From assembly GCF_014204945.1 (NCBI RefSeq), contig NZ_JACHMN010000002.1, positions 974,503-1,006,502 of the forward strand: a DNA stretch of 32,000 nucleotides, given 5' to 3'. The DNA comes from Allocatelliglobosispora scoriae (GTDB lineage: Bacteria; Actinomycetota; Actinomycetes; Mycobacteriales; Micromonosporaceae). Of the stretch, positions 24,178 to 32,000 are shown one piece after another. The position numbers and the translations under genes are program-made. The notes under the pieces were generated by a model that was not told the origin of the DNA, did no database searches, and saw only the letters and a program-made list of their open reading frames with translations. Position 1 is the first letter of the stretch. The number at the start of each line of letters is the position of its first letter.

Positions 24178-24347
24178 CGGAAATACCCGCTCACGGCGGC
24201 ATCGGTCGCGATCGTGTCGTCGGGCTGCGGCTCCCCGGTGACGACGAGCAGGCCGCTGCGCGTATCGAAGACCAGCTCCTGGCCCGCCCCGCCCGCCACG
24301 TCCCGCAGGGTCGAATCCACCCCCGCCGGTCTGATGCTGTCTGACAT
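24174..24347 (-). CDS. 57-aa protein of unknown function, first gene of the JAB operon
   Basis: A strong SD (AGGAGGAG) lies 5 nt upstream of ATG 24347. The protein is MSDSIRPAGVDSTLRDVAGGAGQELVFDTRSGLLVVTGEPQPDDTIATDAAVSGYFR. The longer track version (106 aa) begins inside the upstream terminator and is rejected. Confidence 0.6.
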   Translation of the reverse strand: MSDSIRPAGVDSTLRDVAGGAGQELVFDTRSGLLVVTGEPQPDDTIATDAAVSGYFR

Positions 24348-24470
24348 CCGCGCTCCTCCTGAACCGCCGGCGGCCGGGCCGCTCGGGCAGCCCGGCCGAT
24401 GGCTTCCTCCGTCAAGGATCGGACACCCGGACCGCCGGTTCTGAAGCGAACCTTGAATGGGCACGTAGAA

Positions 24471-24502
24471 GCGCTGCCGTGGCCATTCGGCCACGGCAGC
24501 GC
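24471..24502 (-). terminator. Perfect 14-bp stem / 4-nt loop terminator after the 62-aa peptide gene
   Basis: GCGCTGCCGTGGCC-ATTC-GGCCACGGCAGCGC. It starts 13 nt beyond the stop at 24515-24517 and is followed on the gene strand by TTCT. Confidence 0.8.
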
Positions 24503-24514
24503 GGGTCAGGTGGA

Positions 24515-24703
24515 TCAGGCGTTACGCGGCGGGGCCGGCGAGCTGACCGGGGTCGTGTCGTAGGCGTTGATCGGGACCGTCGCGGGCACCCGGTCCTGCT
24601 CGGTCCCGGTGTGCTGCGCGTTGGCGGTGAGGTAGCCCGCGGCGGTCGTCACGATCAGCGCGGCGACGACGGCTGCCCGGCGGTATGTCTGCTGCATTTC
24701 CAT
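24515..24703 (-). CDS. 62-aa secreted or membrane-anchored small peptide
   Basis: GGAGGAAGG SD lies 3 nt upstream of ATG 24703. The protein is MEMQQTYRRAAVVAALIVTTAAGYLTANA|QHTGTEQDRVPATVPINAYDTTPVSSPAPPRNA, with an RR n-region, a hydrophobic core and an A-x-A site. The predicted mature part is 33 aa and Pro/Thr-rich. Confidence 0.6.
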   Translation of the reverse strand: MEMQQTYRRAAVVAALIVTTAAGYLTANAQHTGTEQDRVPATVPINAYDTTPVSSPAPPRNA

Positions 24704-24852
24704 GTCCTTCCTCCGGCCCCCGCTGGGGGCGCTGAACTTGCCTGGACATAGAAAACCCGAGGTGGGGGTACACGAACCACTGCACACGATCGAATCTGCG
24801 CAGACTTCGGCCACCGCGATGGTCCGGGAAGCGACACAGGGCGCCGTGAGCC

Positions 24853-27800
24853 TCAGGCCAGGCGGGCCAGCAGCGCCGTCAGCCGATCGGGGTCGGGCAG
24901 GCCCAGCGCCGCGAAGATCGCCTGCGCTGCTGCGGCCTGGTGCCGGACGAGTTCGGGATCCTCACCGCTCGCCCGGTGCGCGGCGGCGAGTCCGGCGTAC
25001 GCCCGGCCCAGCTCGCGCTGATCACCGGAGGACTCGGCGAAACGCATCGCCTCGGCGTGCCGGGACCGGGCGTGGTCGGCGTGGCCGCAGTCCATCAGCG
25101 CCTCACCGAGGTTGTTGAGCACCTCGATCTCGTTGCGGCGGTCGCCGATCTCCCGGAACCGGGTCAGCGCCTCCTCGTGCAGCTCCACCGCCCGGTAGTG
25201 CTGGCCGAGCAGGCCCTGCGCGGTGCCGAGGTTGGTCATCGCCGTCGCCTCGCCCACCCGGTCGCCGAGCTTGCGGAAGGCGTCGCCCGCCATGCCGTGC
25301 AGCCGCACCGCCACGTCCAGCTCCCCTCGGCGCTGATGCACGCCGGCGAGACTGCCCCAGGCCCGGGCGAGCGCGTCACCGCTGCGCAGCTCCTCGCAGA
25401 TCGCCTGCGCCGCGCGGTACTGCAGCATCGCCTTGTCGAGATCGTTCATCGACTCGTGGATCGCGCCGAGGTTGGTGAGGGTGCGGGCCTGGCCGATCCG
25501 GTCGTCGATCCGGGCGAGCAGCTCCAGGGCGTAGAGCTGCTGGCCGATCGCGTCCTCGTTGGCCCCCTGCCGCCAGGAGATCCGGCCCAGGGTGCCCAGC
25601 GCGCGAGCCAGCCCCAGATCGTCGCCCCGCTCGGTGAACAGGTCCACGCTGCGCCCCAGCAGCTGCTTCGCCTCCTCGAAGTCGGCGAACCGGGTCAGGG
25701 TCGACCCGAGCTGGAGCAGGGCCTCCGCCTCGCCGGCGCGGTCCCCCAGCGCCTCGGCCGTCCGCAGGGCCGCGCGGTTGAGGGTGAGCGCGTCGGTGAG
25801 GAACCCGCCGTGGTCGAGGTAGCGGAAGAGCACCACGGCGAGCTTCAGCAGGTACTCCGGGCGGCCGTGCTCCTCGGCGTGGACCGTGGTGGCGAGCAGG
25901 CTGGTGCGCTCGCCGTCGAGCCAGGCGAGCGCGGACGCGGGGTCGGGCAGCGGCGGGCGCGCCAGGTCCGGGAGGTCGACGCGGGGGCGCCGCTCCCGCT
26001 CGTCGGGCATGAGCACGTCCATCGCCGCCGAGGCGGTCGAGAGGTAGTAGCCGAGCACCGATGTGATCGCCTCGTCGCGATCGGCGGGACCGTCGGTCGA
26101 TTCGACGAGCTGTGCGGCGTAGAGCGCCATGAGGTTGTGCATGGCGTAGCGCTCGTGCGCGATCGGCCGGATCAGGTTGGCCTCCGCGAGCTCCCTGAGC
26201 AGCAGGTTCGCCCGCGCCGGCTCGATGCCGCCGAGCGCCGCCGCGGCGTAGGGCGTGACGCCGTCGCCGGGGTGCAGGCTGAGCAGGCGGAACAGTCGCG
26301 CGGGCTCCTGGGGCAGCGCGTCGTAGGACCAGCGGAAGACCTCCTGCACCGCCGTGGTGGAGTCGGCGTCGGCGTCGAGCGCGGAGAGCACCGAGGACCG
26401 GTCGGTCAGCTCCGCCGCCAGAGCCGAGAGCTCCTGCCCGGCCCGCAGGGCCAGGCCCGCGCCGGCGAGGGTGATCGCCAGCGGCAGACCGCCGCAGCAG
26501 CGGGCGATCTGCTGGAGGAACTCGACATCCGCGGACTCCCGGGCCGGGCGGATGTATTCGCGCAGCAGCTCGACGGAGTCGTCGAGGTTGAGCAGGCCGA
26601 GGTTGAGGGCGAGGCCCTGGTTGCGGGCGACGAGCCCGCCTAGGCGGCGGCGGCTCGTCACGATCACCAGCGACCCGGGCGCGGTCGGCATCAGCTGCGC
26701 GACCTGCTCGGCCGCGGCGACGTTGTCGAGCAGGACGAGCACCGGGCGGCGCTCGGCGAGGGTGCGGTAGAGGGCGCGCTTGGCGAGGGTGTCCGGCGGG
26801 ATCCGGGCCGGCGCGACACCGAGGGCGGTGAGGAACTCGTCGAGGACCTGCCCGGTCTCCGCCGTCCCGGCCGGGCCGAACGCCCCGAGGTCGGCTTGCA
26901 GGCACCCGCCGGGGTAGCGGCCCTTGATCCGGTGCGCCCAGCCCACGGCGAGGGTGGTCTTGCCGACGCCGGGCGGGCCGAAGATCCCGACCAGCCGCAC
27001 CGAGTTGCGGCTGCCCCGCTGGTCGGCCTCGAAGATCCCGTTGAGCTGGCCCAGCTCGGTGCCCCGCCCGACGATCGAACCGAGCGCCGGGACCAGGGTC
27101 GACGGCGCGACCGGTGCCGCGGCGGCCGGCGCGCCGAGCGTCAGGCTCGGGTCCTGGTGCAGCATCCGCAGGTGCAGCGACTGCAGCAGCGGCGAGGGCT
27201 GCCGGGCCTCCTGCGCGAGCAGCCGCTTGGTCAGCTTCCGGTAGTGGGCCAGGGCCTGCCCGACATCCCCGGCCCGGTAGAGCGCGACCATGTACTGCTC
27301 GGCGAGGCGCTCGTTGGTGAAGTGCCGGGTGACCAGGCCCCGGATCACGTCGAGCAGCTCGACGTGCAGGCCCGCGTCCAGCCAGGCGCGGTTGCGCGAC
27401 AGGCACGCCTCGAACCACTGCTGGCGCAGGGTCGCGCCGTGCTCGCGCAGCCACAGGCTGTCGGTACGCGCGAACGGAACCCCCCGCCACAGCTCCAGCG
27501 CGTCGTCGAGCATGTGCCGCGCCGCCTCGCCGTACCGGGTCGCCTGCCGCATCAGGTGCCCGAACAGGTGCACGTCGACGAGCAGCGGATCCACGTCGAT
27601 CGTGTAGCCGTCGCCGGTCTTGCGGACACCCACCCCGAGCGGCTTGAGCTTGTCGCGGATGCGGGAGATGTAGACGTGGACCAGCGACGCCGCGGGCGGC
27701 GTATCGCCCCAGACCCGGCTCAGCAGATCCTCGATGGACACCGCCTCGCCGGCCGAGAGGAGCAGCACGGCGAGGACCGCCTGGAGCTTCGTCGGCCCGC

Positions 27801-27870
27801 CGTCCACCTCGACCTCACCGGAACGGATCTGCATGGCTCCCAGCAGCCGAAACACCGGTTCCTCTGGCAT
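24853..27870 (-). CDS. AfsR-type large SARP regulator: wHTH-BTAD plus NB-ARC (STAND ATPase) plus TPR array
   Basis: The N-terminus reads FRLLGAMQIRSGEVEV...KLQAVLAVLLLSAGEAVSIEDLLSRVWGD...YISRIRDKL, followed by a BTAD. Walker A is GIFGPPGVGKTT and Walker B is VLVLLDNV. The C-terminal ~400 aa are TPR-like repeats (...ALGDRAGEAEALLQLG...). The start is ATG 27870, or alternatively ATG 27918. Confidence 0.92.
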   Translation of the reverse strand: MPEEPVFRLLGAMQIRSGEVEVDGGPTKLQAVLAVLLLSAGEAVSIEDLLSRVWGDTPPAASLVHVYISRIRDKLKPLGVGVRKTGDGYTIDVDPLLVDVHLFGHLMRQATRYGEAARHMLDDALELWRGVPFARTDSLWLREHGATLRQQWFEACLSRNRAWLDAGLHVELLDVIRGLVTRHFTNERLAEQYMVALYRAGDVGQALAHYRKLTKRLLAQEARQPSPLLQSLHLRMLHQDPSLTLGAPAAAAPVAPSTLVPALGSIVGRGTELGQLNGIFEADQRGSRNSVRLVGIFGPPGVGKTTLAVGWAHRIKGRYPGGCLQADLGAFGPAGTAETGQVLDEFLTALGVAPARIPPDTLAKRALYRTLAERRPVLVLLDNVAAAEQVAQLMPTAPGSLVIVTSRRRLGGLVARNQGLALNLGLLNLDDSVELLREYIRPARESADVEFLQQIARCCGGLPLAITLAGAGLALRAGQELSALAAELTDRSSVLSALDADADSTTAVQEVFRWSYDALPQEPARLFRLLSLHPGDGVTPYAAAALGGIEPARANLLLRELAEANLIRPIAHERYAMHNLMALYAAQLVESTDGPADRDEAITSVLGYYLSTASAAMDVLMPDERERRPRVDLPDLARPPLPDPASALAWLDGERTSLLATTVHAEEHGRPEYLLKLAVVLFRYLDHGGFLTDALTLNRAALRTAEALGDRAGEAEALLQLGSTLTRFADFEEAKQLLGRSVDLFTERGDDLGLARALGTLGRISWRQGANEDAIGQQLYALELLARIDDRIGQARTLTNLGAIHESMNDLDKAMLQYRAAQAICEELRSGDALARAWGSLAGVHQRRGELDVAVRLHGMAGDAFRKLGDRVGEATAMTNLGTAQGLLGQHYRAVELHEEALTRFREIGDRRNEIEVLNNLGEALMDCGHADHARSRHAEAMRFAESSGDQRELGRAYAGLAAAHRASGEDPELVRHQAAAAQAIFAALGLPDPDRLTALLARLA

Positions 27871-27949
27871 CGTCACGAGTACATGGTGCAGAGTGTCCAG
27901 TCGGCAGACAAGGCTCATAGGACCTATCCGGGCCGATCGGTCCGAGCGG

Positions 27950-29722
27950 TCACACCAGTTGGGCCGCCTGGAGCCGCGCGTAGGCGCCGTTCGCCGTCAC
28001 GAGGTCGTCGTGCGGGCCGACCTCCTCGATCCGGCCGTCGCGCATCACCACGATCCGGTCGGCGTTGCGGATCGTGGAGAGGCGGTGCGCGACGACGAAG
28101 ACCGTGCGGCCCCGCACCAGCCGCTCCAGCGCCTCCTGGATCAGCCGCTCCGAGTGGGTGTCCAGCGCCGAGGTCGCCTCGTCGAGGATGAGCACCCGGG
28201 GGTCGCGGATCAGCGCCCGGGCGATCGCGAGCCGCTGCCGCTGCCCGCCGGACAGGCGCGCGCCCCGGTCGCCGACGACGGTCGCCTCGCCCTCCGGAAG
28301 CGCGTCGACGAACTCCAGCGCGTTGGCATCGGCGAGCGCCTGGCGGACCCGCTCCGGCGAGACGTCGGTCATGCCGTAGGTGACGTTCTCGGTGATGCTG
28401 CCCTCGAACAGGATCGGCTCCTGCGGCACGATCGACAGGCTGGTGCGGTAACTGCGCAGGTCCAGCTCCTCCATGTCGCGCCCGTCGAGCAGGATCCGGC
28501 CGCTGGTCGGGCGCAGGAAGCCGATGACGAGGTTGAGCACGGTCGACTTGCCCGCGCCGGAGGGGCCGACGAAGGCGATCCGCTCGCCGGGGGCCACGCT
28601 CAGGGTGAAGTCGCGCACGGCCTGGACGGTGTCGTAGGCGTACCCGACGCCGTGGAAGTCGATCGCACCGCGGACCTGGTCGACCGTCGCGCGCCCGGCG
28701 TTGCGCTCCAGGTCGGGGGCTTGCAGCACCTCGCCGACGGACCGGACCGACTCGAGTCCCTTCATGATCTGCGGACCGAGGTTCATCAGCATGATCACCG
28801 ATGTGGTGAGGCTGCCGAAATAGGCGCTGAGCATGACCACGTCGCCCGCGGTGATCGGCGCCCAGCCGTAGTAGGCGACCAGGGCCGACCCGGCGAGGCA
28901 GGCGACGCCGATCATGTTGAGCGACATCCACGACAGCGCGCCGAAGCGGCCGTTGACGAGGTCGACCCGCAGCCCCGCGTCGAGGACCCGGCTCAGCGTG
29001 CCGTCGACCCGGCGCATCGCCGCCCGCTCCAGGCCGTGCGCGCGGGTGATCGGGATCAGCGTCGTCATCTCCGAGACCCGGGTGGAGAGCTGCTCCACCT
29101 CGCGGCGCAGCACCTCGTTGTCGGTGCGCATGCGGTTGCGCAGCTTCATCGCCAGCAGCGCCGCGCACGGCACCAGGACGAGGAAGACCGGCAGGAAGAC
29201 GGGTACGCGCACCGCGATCACCACGAGGCCGCCGACGAGCATCATCGTGGCGGCAAGCCCCATGTCCCCGGCCTGCTGCACCATCGTCTCGATGCTCTCC
29301 ACATCGCGGATGACCTTGTTCTGCAGGACGCCCGCGCTCATCCGGGTGTGGTAGCCGATGGAGAGCTGCTGCATCCGGCCGACCAGGGCCGAGCGCAGAC
29401 CGGTGCCCATCCGGCGGACCGCCGTCGACAGGCAGCGGACGAAGAGCACGTGGAAGGGGTAGTTCAGGGCCAGCGCGGCGAGGAGCAGCAGTGTGTTGAG
29501 CCAGAGCTCGCCGATCGGCCGGTGCTGCACGACCACGTCGATCACATTGGCCGTGACCAGGGGCAACAACCAGGTCGGGCTGTGCTTGACCGCGAAGGCC
29601 ACGACCGCCAGCGCGAGTCGCGCCTTGTCGTCGGCGAGCAGATACGCGACGGTACGCACGGGGTGCTCGCCCGAGTAGCGGCGGTCCATGGGATTAACGT
29701 GGGCGGACATGACCTCGATCAT
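27950..29722 (-). CDS. ABC exporter, fused TMD-NBD half-transporter
   Basis: This is the C-terminal 590 aa of the artefactually long track ORF 27950..31849; the start is ATG 29722 (alternatives 29710 and 29689). It has six TM segments, then Walker A GPSGAGKST, signature LSGGQRQR, Walker B VLILDEATSALD and H-loop VVAHRLS. Confidence 0.92.
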   Translation of the reverse strand: MIEVMSAHVNPMDRRYSGEHPVRTVAYLLADDKARLALAVVAFAVKHSPTWLLPLVTANVIDVVVQHRPIGELWLNTLLLLAALALNYPFHVLFVRCLSTAVRRMGTGLRSALVGRMQQLSIGYHTRMSAGVLQNKVIRDVESIETMVQQAGDMGLAATMMLVGGLVVIAVRVPVFLPVFLVLVPCAALLAMKLRNRMRTDNEVLRREVEQLSTRVSEMTTLIPITRAHGLERAAMRRVDGTLSRVLDAGLRVDLVNGRFGALSWMSLNMIGVACLAGSALVAYYGWAPITAGDVVMLSAYFGSLTTSVIMLMNLGPQIMKGLESVRSVGEVLQAPDLERNAGRATVDQVRGAIDFHGVGYAYDTVQAVRDFTLSVAPGERIAFVGPSGAGKSTVLNLVIGFLRPTSGRILLDGRDMEELDLRSYRTSLSIVPQEPILFEGSITENVTYGMTDVSPERVRQALADANALEFVDALPEGEATVVGDRGARLSGGQRQRLAIARALIRDPRVLILDEATSALDTHSERLIQEALERLVRGRTVFVVAHRLSTIRNADRIVVMRDGRIEEVGPHDDLVTANGAYARLQAAQLV

Positions 29723-29758
29723 GGTGTGATCAACGTGGCTTGGCGAGAGGATTACCGC

Positions 29759-30613
29759 ATGATGCGCGTCGCAGTGACCGGTGGCAGCGGCAAGTTGGGC
29801 CGTGCCGTCGTGGACGAACTGGTCAGCCACGGCCACCAGGTGACCAACCTGGACATCGTGGCGCCTCGGGAGCAGCGGTGCCCGTACACCAGGATTGATC
29901 TGACCGACTTCGGGCAGGTGGTGGAGGCGCTGACCGCGATCGACGCCCGGCACGACGGCCTGGACGCGCTGGTGCACCTGGCGGCGATCCCCGGACCCGG
30001 CGCCGCCGCCAACGCGGCGACCTTCCACAACAACGTCACCAGCAGCTACAACGTCTTCTCCGCGGCACGCCTGGCCGGGATCAAGAACGTCGTGTGGGCG
30101 TCGAGCGAGACCCTGCTCGGGCTGCCGCTGGAGATCCCGCCGGTGGCGATCCCGATCGACGAGGAGCAGGACGCCCGGCCGGAGACGGCCTATTCGCTGG
30201 CGAAGCTGGTGGACGAGACGATGGCGGCGCAGTTCTGCCGCTGGGATCCGGCGCTGAAGATGGTCGGGCTGCGGTTCTCCAACGTGATGGAGCCGCACGA
30301 CTACGCGCAGTTCCCCGGCTTCGACGCCGACCCGTCGGTGCGCAAGTGGAACCTCTGGGGCTACATCGACGCCCGCGACGGGGCCCAGGCGGTCCGCAAG
30401 GCGCTGGACTACCAGGCCACGGGCCTGGAGGTCTTCATCATCGCCAACGCCGACACGGTGATGAGCCGCCCGTCGGCGGAGCTGGCGGCGGAGGTCTTCC
30501 CCGGCGTGCCGATCAGCCGCGAGATCACCGGTACGCAGACGCTGCTCAGCATCGACAAGGCCCGCCGGCTGCTGGGTTACGAGCCGCAGCACTCCTGGCG
30601 CGGCCACGCCTGA
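29759..30613 (+). CDS. NAD-dependent epimerase/dehydratase (extended SDR) family protein
   Basis: ATG 29759 with GAGAGGA RBS. The Rossmann motif is VTGGSGKLGRAV and the catalytic motif is YSLAK (YxxxK). Only the last 284 aa of track ORF 27734..30613 are real. Confidence 0.9.
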   Translation: MMRVAVTGGSGKLGRAVVDELVSHGHQVTNLDIVAPREQRCPYTRIDLTDFGQVVEALTAIDARHDGLDALVHLAAIPGPGAAANAATFHNNVTSSYNVFSAARLAGIKNVVWASSETLLGLPLEIPPVAIPIDEEQDARPETAYSLAKLVDETMAAQFCRWDPALKMVGLRFSNVMEPHDYAQFPGFDADPSVRKWNLWGYIDARDGAQAVRKALDYQATGLEVFIIANADTVMSRPSAELAAEVFPGVPISREITGTQTLLSIDKARRLLGYEPQHSWRGHA

Positions 30614-30614
30614 G

Positions 30615-30678
30615 TCACGTTTTGCAGCACAGCGTGGCCTCGCTTCGCGATGAGGCCACGCTTTGCTGCAAAACGTGA
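30615..30678. repeat. Palindromic element, family A, copy 3; between convergent genes
   Basis: TCACGTTTTGCAGCACAGCGTGGCCTC (30615-30641) pairs with GAGGCCACGCTTTGCTGCAAAACGTGA (30652-30678) with one mismatch. The centre is GCTTCGCGAT. It starts 2 nt after the epimerase stop. Confidence 0.9.
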
Positions 30679-30714
30679 CGCGGGCCGACGCGCCTCGCGG
30701 GGCGGCCTCGCTCC

Positions 30715-31284
30715 TCAGGCCTGGGAGATCTCCGTCTCGTAGCGGCGGCGCAGCTCGTCCGGGAGGTCCTTGTCGGCGAAGCCGCTCAGGGCCCTGGCCT
30801 CCAGGTTGTCCGGGATCATCGCGCGGACCCGGTCCGGGTAGCCGAGACCGGCGGCGGCGATCCGGACCTCCGCGGGCGCGGTGAGCGAGACGGCCGTCGG
30901 GCCCGAGATGCGGGACGCGAAGTCCCAGTCGGTGCCCGGCGGCGCGGAGGCGCAGAGGAAGTAGGCGTAGACCCAGCGGACCTGGGCGAGCTCGCGCACG
31001 TCGGCGGGGTCGGTGCCGAACGTCTCCGCCACACAGATGATCTTGTCTTCGGCGGCGACGTCGTGCCCGTGGTCGTGGTGCTCGGCCGGGGAGACGTGCT
31101 CCAGAATCCCGGCCACGGTGATGTCGAGCTGCTCGTAGAGCCGCTCGACCGGGGTGCCCCGCAACGGGACCACCACCAGCAGCGCGGTGACCGCCAACGC
31201 CACGATCGACGCCTCGACGCGAAGCCAGTGCGCGCTGCGCCGCAACCATCCGGTGACGTCGATTCCCGTGGACATAGGCGCCAT
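30715..31284 (-). CDS. Hypothetical membrane-anchored protein
   Basis: The in-frame ATG at 31284 or 31275 gives MAPMSTGIDVTGWLRRSAHWLRVEASIVALAVTALLVVVPL..., with one N-terminal TM. The remaining ~150 aa belong to no family I recognise and include an HHDHGH stretch. The upstream 150 aa of the track ORF are low-complexity shadow sequence. Confidence 0.55.
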   Translation of the reverse strand: MAPMSTGIDVTGWLRRSAHWLRVEASIVALAVTALLVVVPLRGTPVERLYEQLDITVAGILEHVSPAEHHDHGHDVAAEDKIICVAETFGTDPADVRELAQVRWVYAYFLCASAPPGTDWDFASRISGPTAVSLTAPAEVRIAAAGLGYPDRVRAMIPDNLEARALSGFADKDLPDELRRRYETEISQA

Positions 31285-31343
31285 GATCGCATCTCCGATC
31301 GGCGCGGTCCATGCTCGCTGCGCTCCGGCCCTCCCCGCGCCCG

Positions 31344-32000
31344 CTACCGCAGGGCGGCGAGCAGCTCCCGCTCGCGAGCGGCGCTGAGGCCGGCCCGGCG
31401 CCCGCGGTCCAGCCCCTGCTCGCGTTCCCAGACGAGGGTGTCGGCGAGCAGGTCGCGACGCGGGCGGTGCCGCAGCCCGGCCGCCACGGCGGCGGCGCCG
31501 CTGCGCGCGGAGAATCCCTGCCAGTCCGGGTCGGCGATCCACAGCGGCAGCGACTCGGGGCCCATGTACTCCGCCACACCCTGATCGACCAGCCACGACG
31601 ACGGCGCCGCGACGACCGGGCCGGTGTGCCCGCCGAGCTCGCGCGACAATCCCAGCCACTGGCTGAAGGGCTCGATCGGCCCGACCGCGTTGAAGATCCC
31701 GGTCGTGCCGGACTCCGCGCCGTCGAGCAGCCACGCGGCGAGATCGCGCACGTCGATCGCCTGGGTCGGCCGGTCCGGGGTGTCGGGGACGAGCATCGGG
31801 CCCTCGGGGTCGCGGGCGGAGCGGGCCACCCAGTAGCCCGATCGTCCACTGTGGTCGCCGGGCCCGCCGATCAGCCCGGCCCGCGCGACGAGCAGGCGAT
31901 CGCCCAGCGCCTCCATCGAGGCGAGCTCGCAGGCGGCCTTCGCCGGACCGTACTGCTCGATCGCGACCTCGTCCTCGGTCGCCGGCTCGAGCAGCTCCGC
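31344..32000 (-). CDS. SDR/NAD-dependent epimerase-like protein, C-terminal part (5' end beyond the window)
   Basis: The frame stays open to the window edge. ...[33 protein letters not shown]... contains the YxxxK-type catalytic motif (Y-G-P-A-K). The C-terminal region is typical of atypical SDR reductases. Confidence 0.65.
   Translation of the reverse strand, partial: AELLEPATEDEVAIEQYGPAKAACELASMEALGDRLLVARAGLIGGPGDHSGRSGYWVARSARDPEGPMLVPDTPDRPTQAIDVRDLAAWLLDGAESGTTGIFNAVGPIEPFSQWLGLSRELGGHTGPVVAAPSSWLVDQGVAEYMGPESLPLWIADPDWQGFSARSGAAAVAAGLRHRPRRDLLADTLVWEREQGLDRGRRAGLSAARERELLAALR

Noticed and set aside
24174-24494. 106-aa and 99-aa versions of the two small ORFs (24174..24494 and 24515..24814)
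   Set aside because: The extended N-termini lack an SD and run through the upstream terminator hairpin or promoter region. Internal ATGs at 24347 and 24703 each have near-consensus SD sequences at correct spacing, so the shorter 57-aa and 62-aa products are preferred.
24853-30613. SARP, ABC exporter and SDR epimerase as a secondary-metabolite biosynthetic gene cluster
   Set aside because: No core enzyme (PKS, NRPS, terpene synthase, or RiPP maturase such as YcaO, LanM, radical SAM or lasso B/C) is visible in or next to the block. The epimerase is divergently transcribed and generic.
27950-31849. 1299-aa minus-strand ORF suggesting a giant ABC fusion protein
   Set aside because: Only the C-terminal 590 aa (from ATG 29722) look like a protein (TMD plus NBD). 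The upstream 700 aa are the low-complexity antisense of the epimerase gene and run through the family-A palindrome and two other genes' frames.

Overview
High-GC actinomycete chromosomal DNA. Gene content and codon bias look like Micromonosporaceae or Streptomyces, but the taxon cannot be verified here. I support about 32 protein-coding genes. I see no rRNA, tRNA, CRISPR array, transposase or integrase. Many long ORFs in the supplied track are Arg/Pro/Gly-rich shadow frames of real genes and were discarded.

Gene order, left to right:
- MFS transporter (partial), DUF2087 protein, VOC/glyoxalase, secreted GH13 alpha-amylase
- Bcr/CflA efflux pump, DinB/DUF664 protein, SigB/F-type sigma factor
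- A secreted-protease block: M14 carboxypeptidase, small SARP regulator, S8 subtilase
- XRE regulator divergent from an MFS pump
- A TIR / single TM / 7-bladed YVTN beta-propeller protein
- An orphan excisionase-type HTH protein and a 533-aa HTH plus alpha-solenoid protein
- SH3b protein, photolyase, S1 protease
- Crp-family cNMP-binding regulator followed by a protein with a class-III nucleotidyl-cyclase-like domain
- On the minus strand, running from high to low coordinates: ABC exporter, SARP-NB-ARC-TPR regulator, 62-aa secreted peptide, 57-aa protein, JAB/MPN fusion protein, 144-aa unknown protein
- SDR epimerase, membrane protein, second SDR (partial)

Best candidates for something undescribed:
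1. The cluster at 20.3-29.7 kb. It combines the Crp plus cyclase-like pair with a JAMM peptidase fused to a possible UBC/RWD-like domain, two tiny strongly expressed ORFs, TGATG-coupled leader ORFs and an 11-bp-phased direct repeat typical of SARP boxes. No known biosynthetic or defence core is present.
2. The membrane-spanning TIR protein with an outward-facing propeller at 12.7-14.4 kb.

Two families of dispersed palindromic intergenic elements are also present, one showing a compensatory stem substitution. The M14 and S1 proteases share a C-terminal P-domain module. All functional calls come from motif recognition by eye; no database search was possible.
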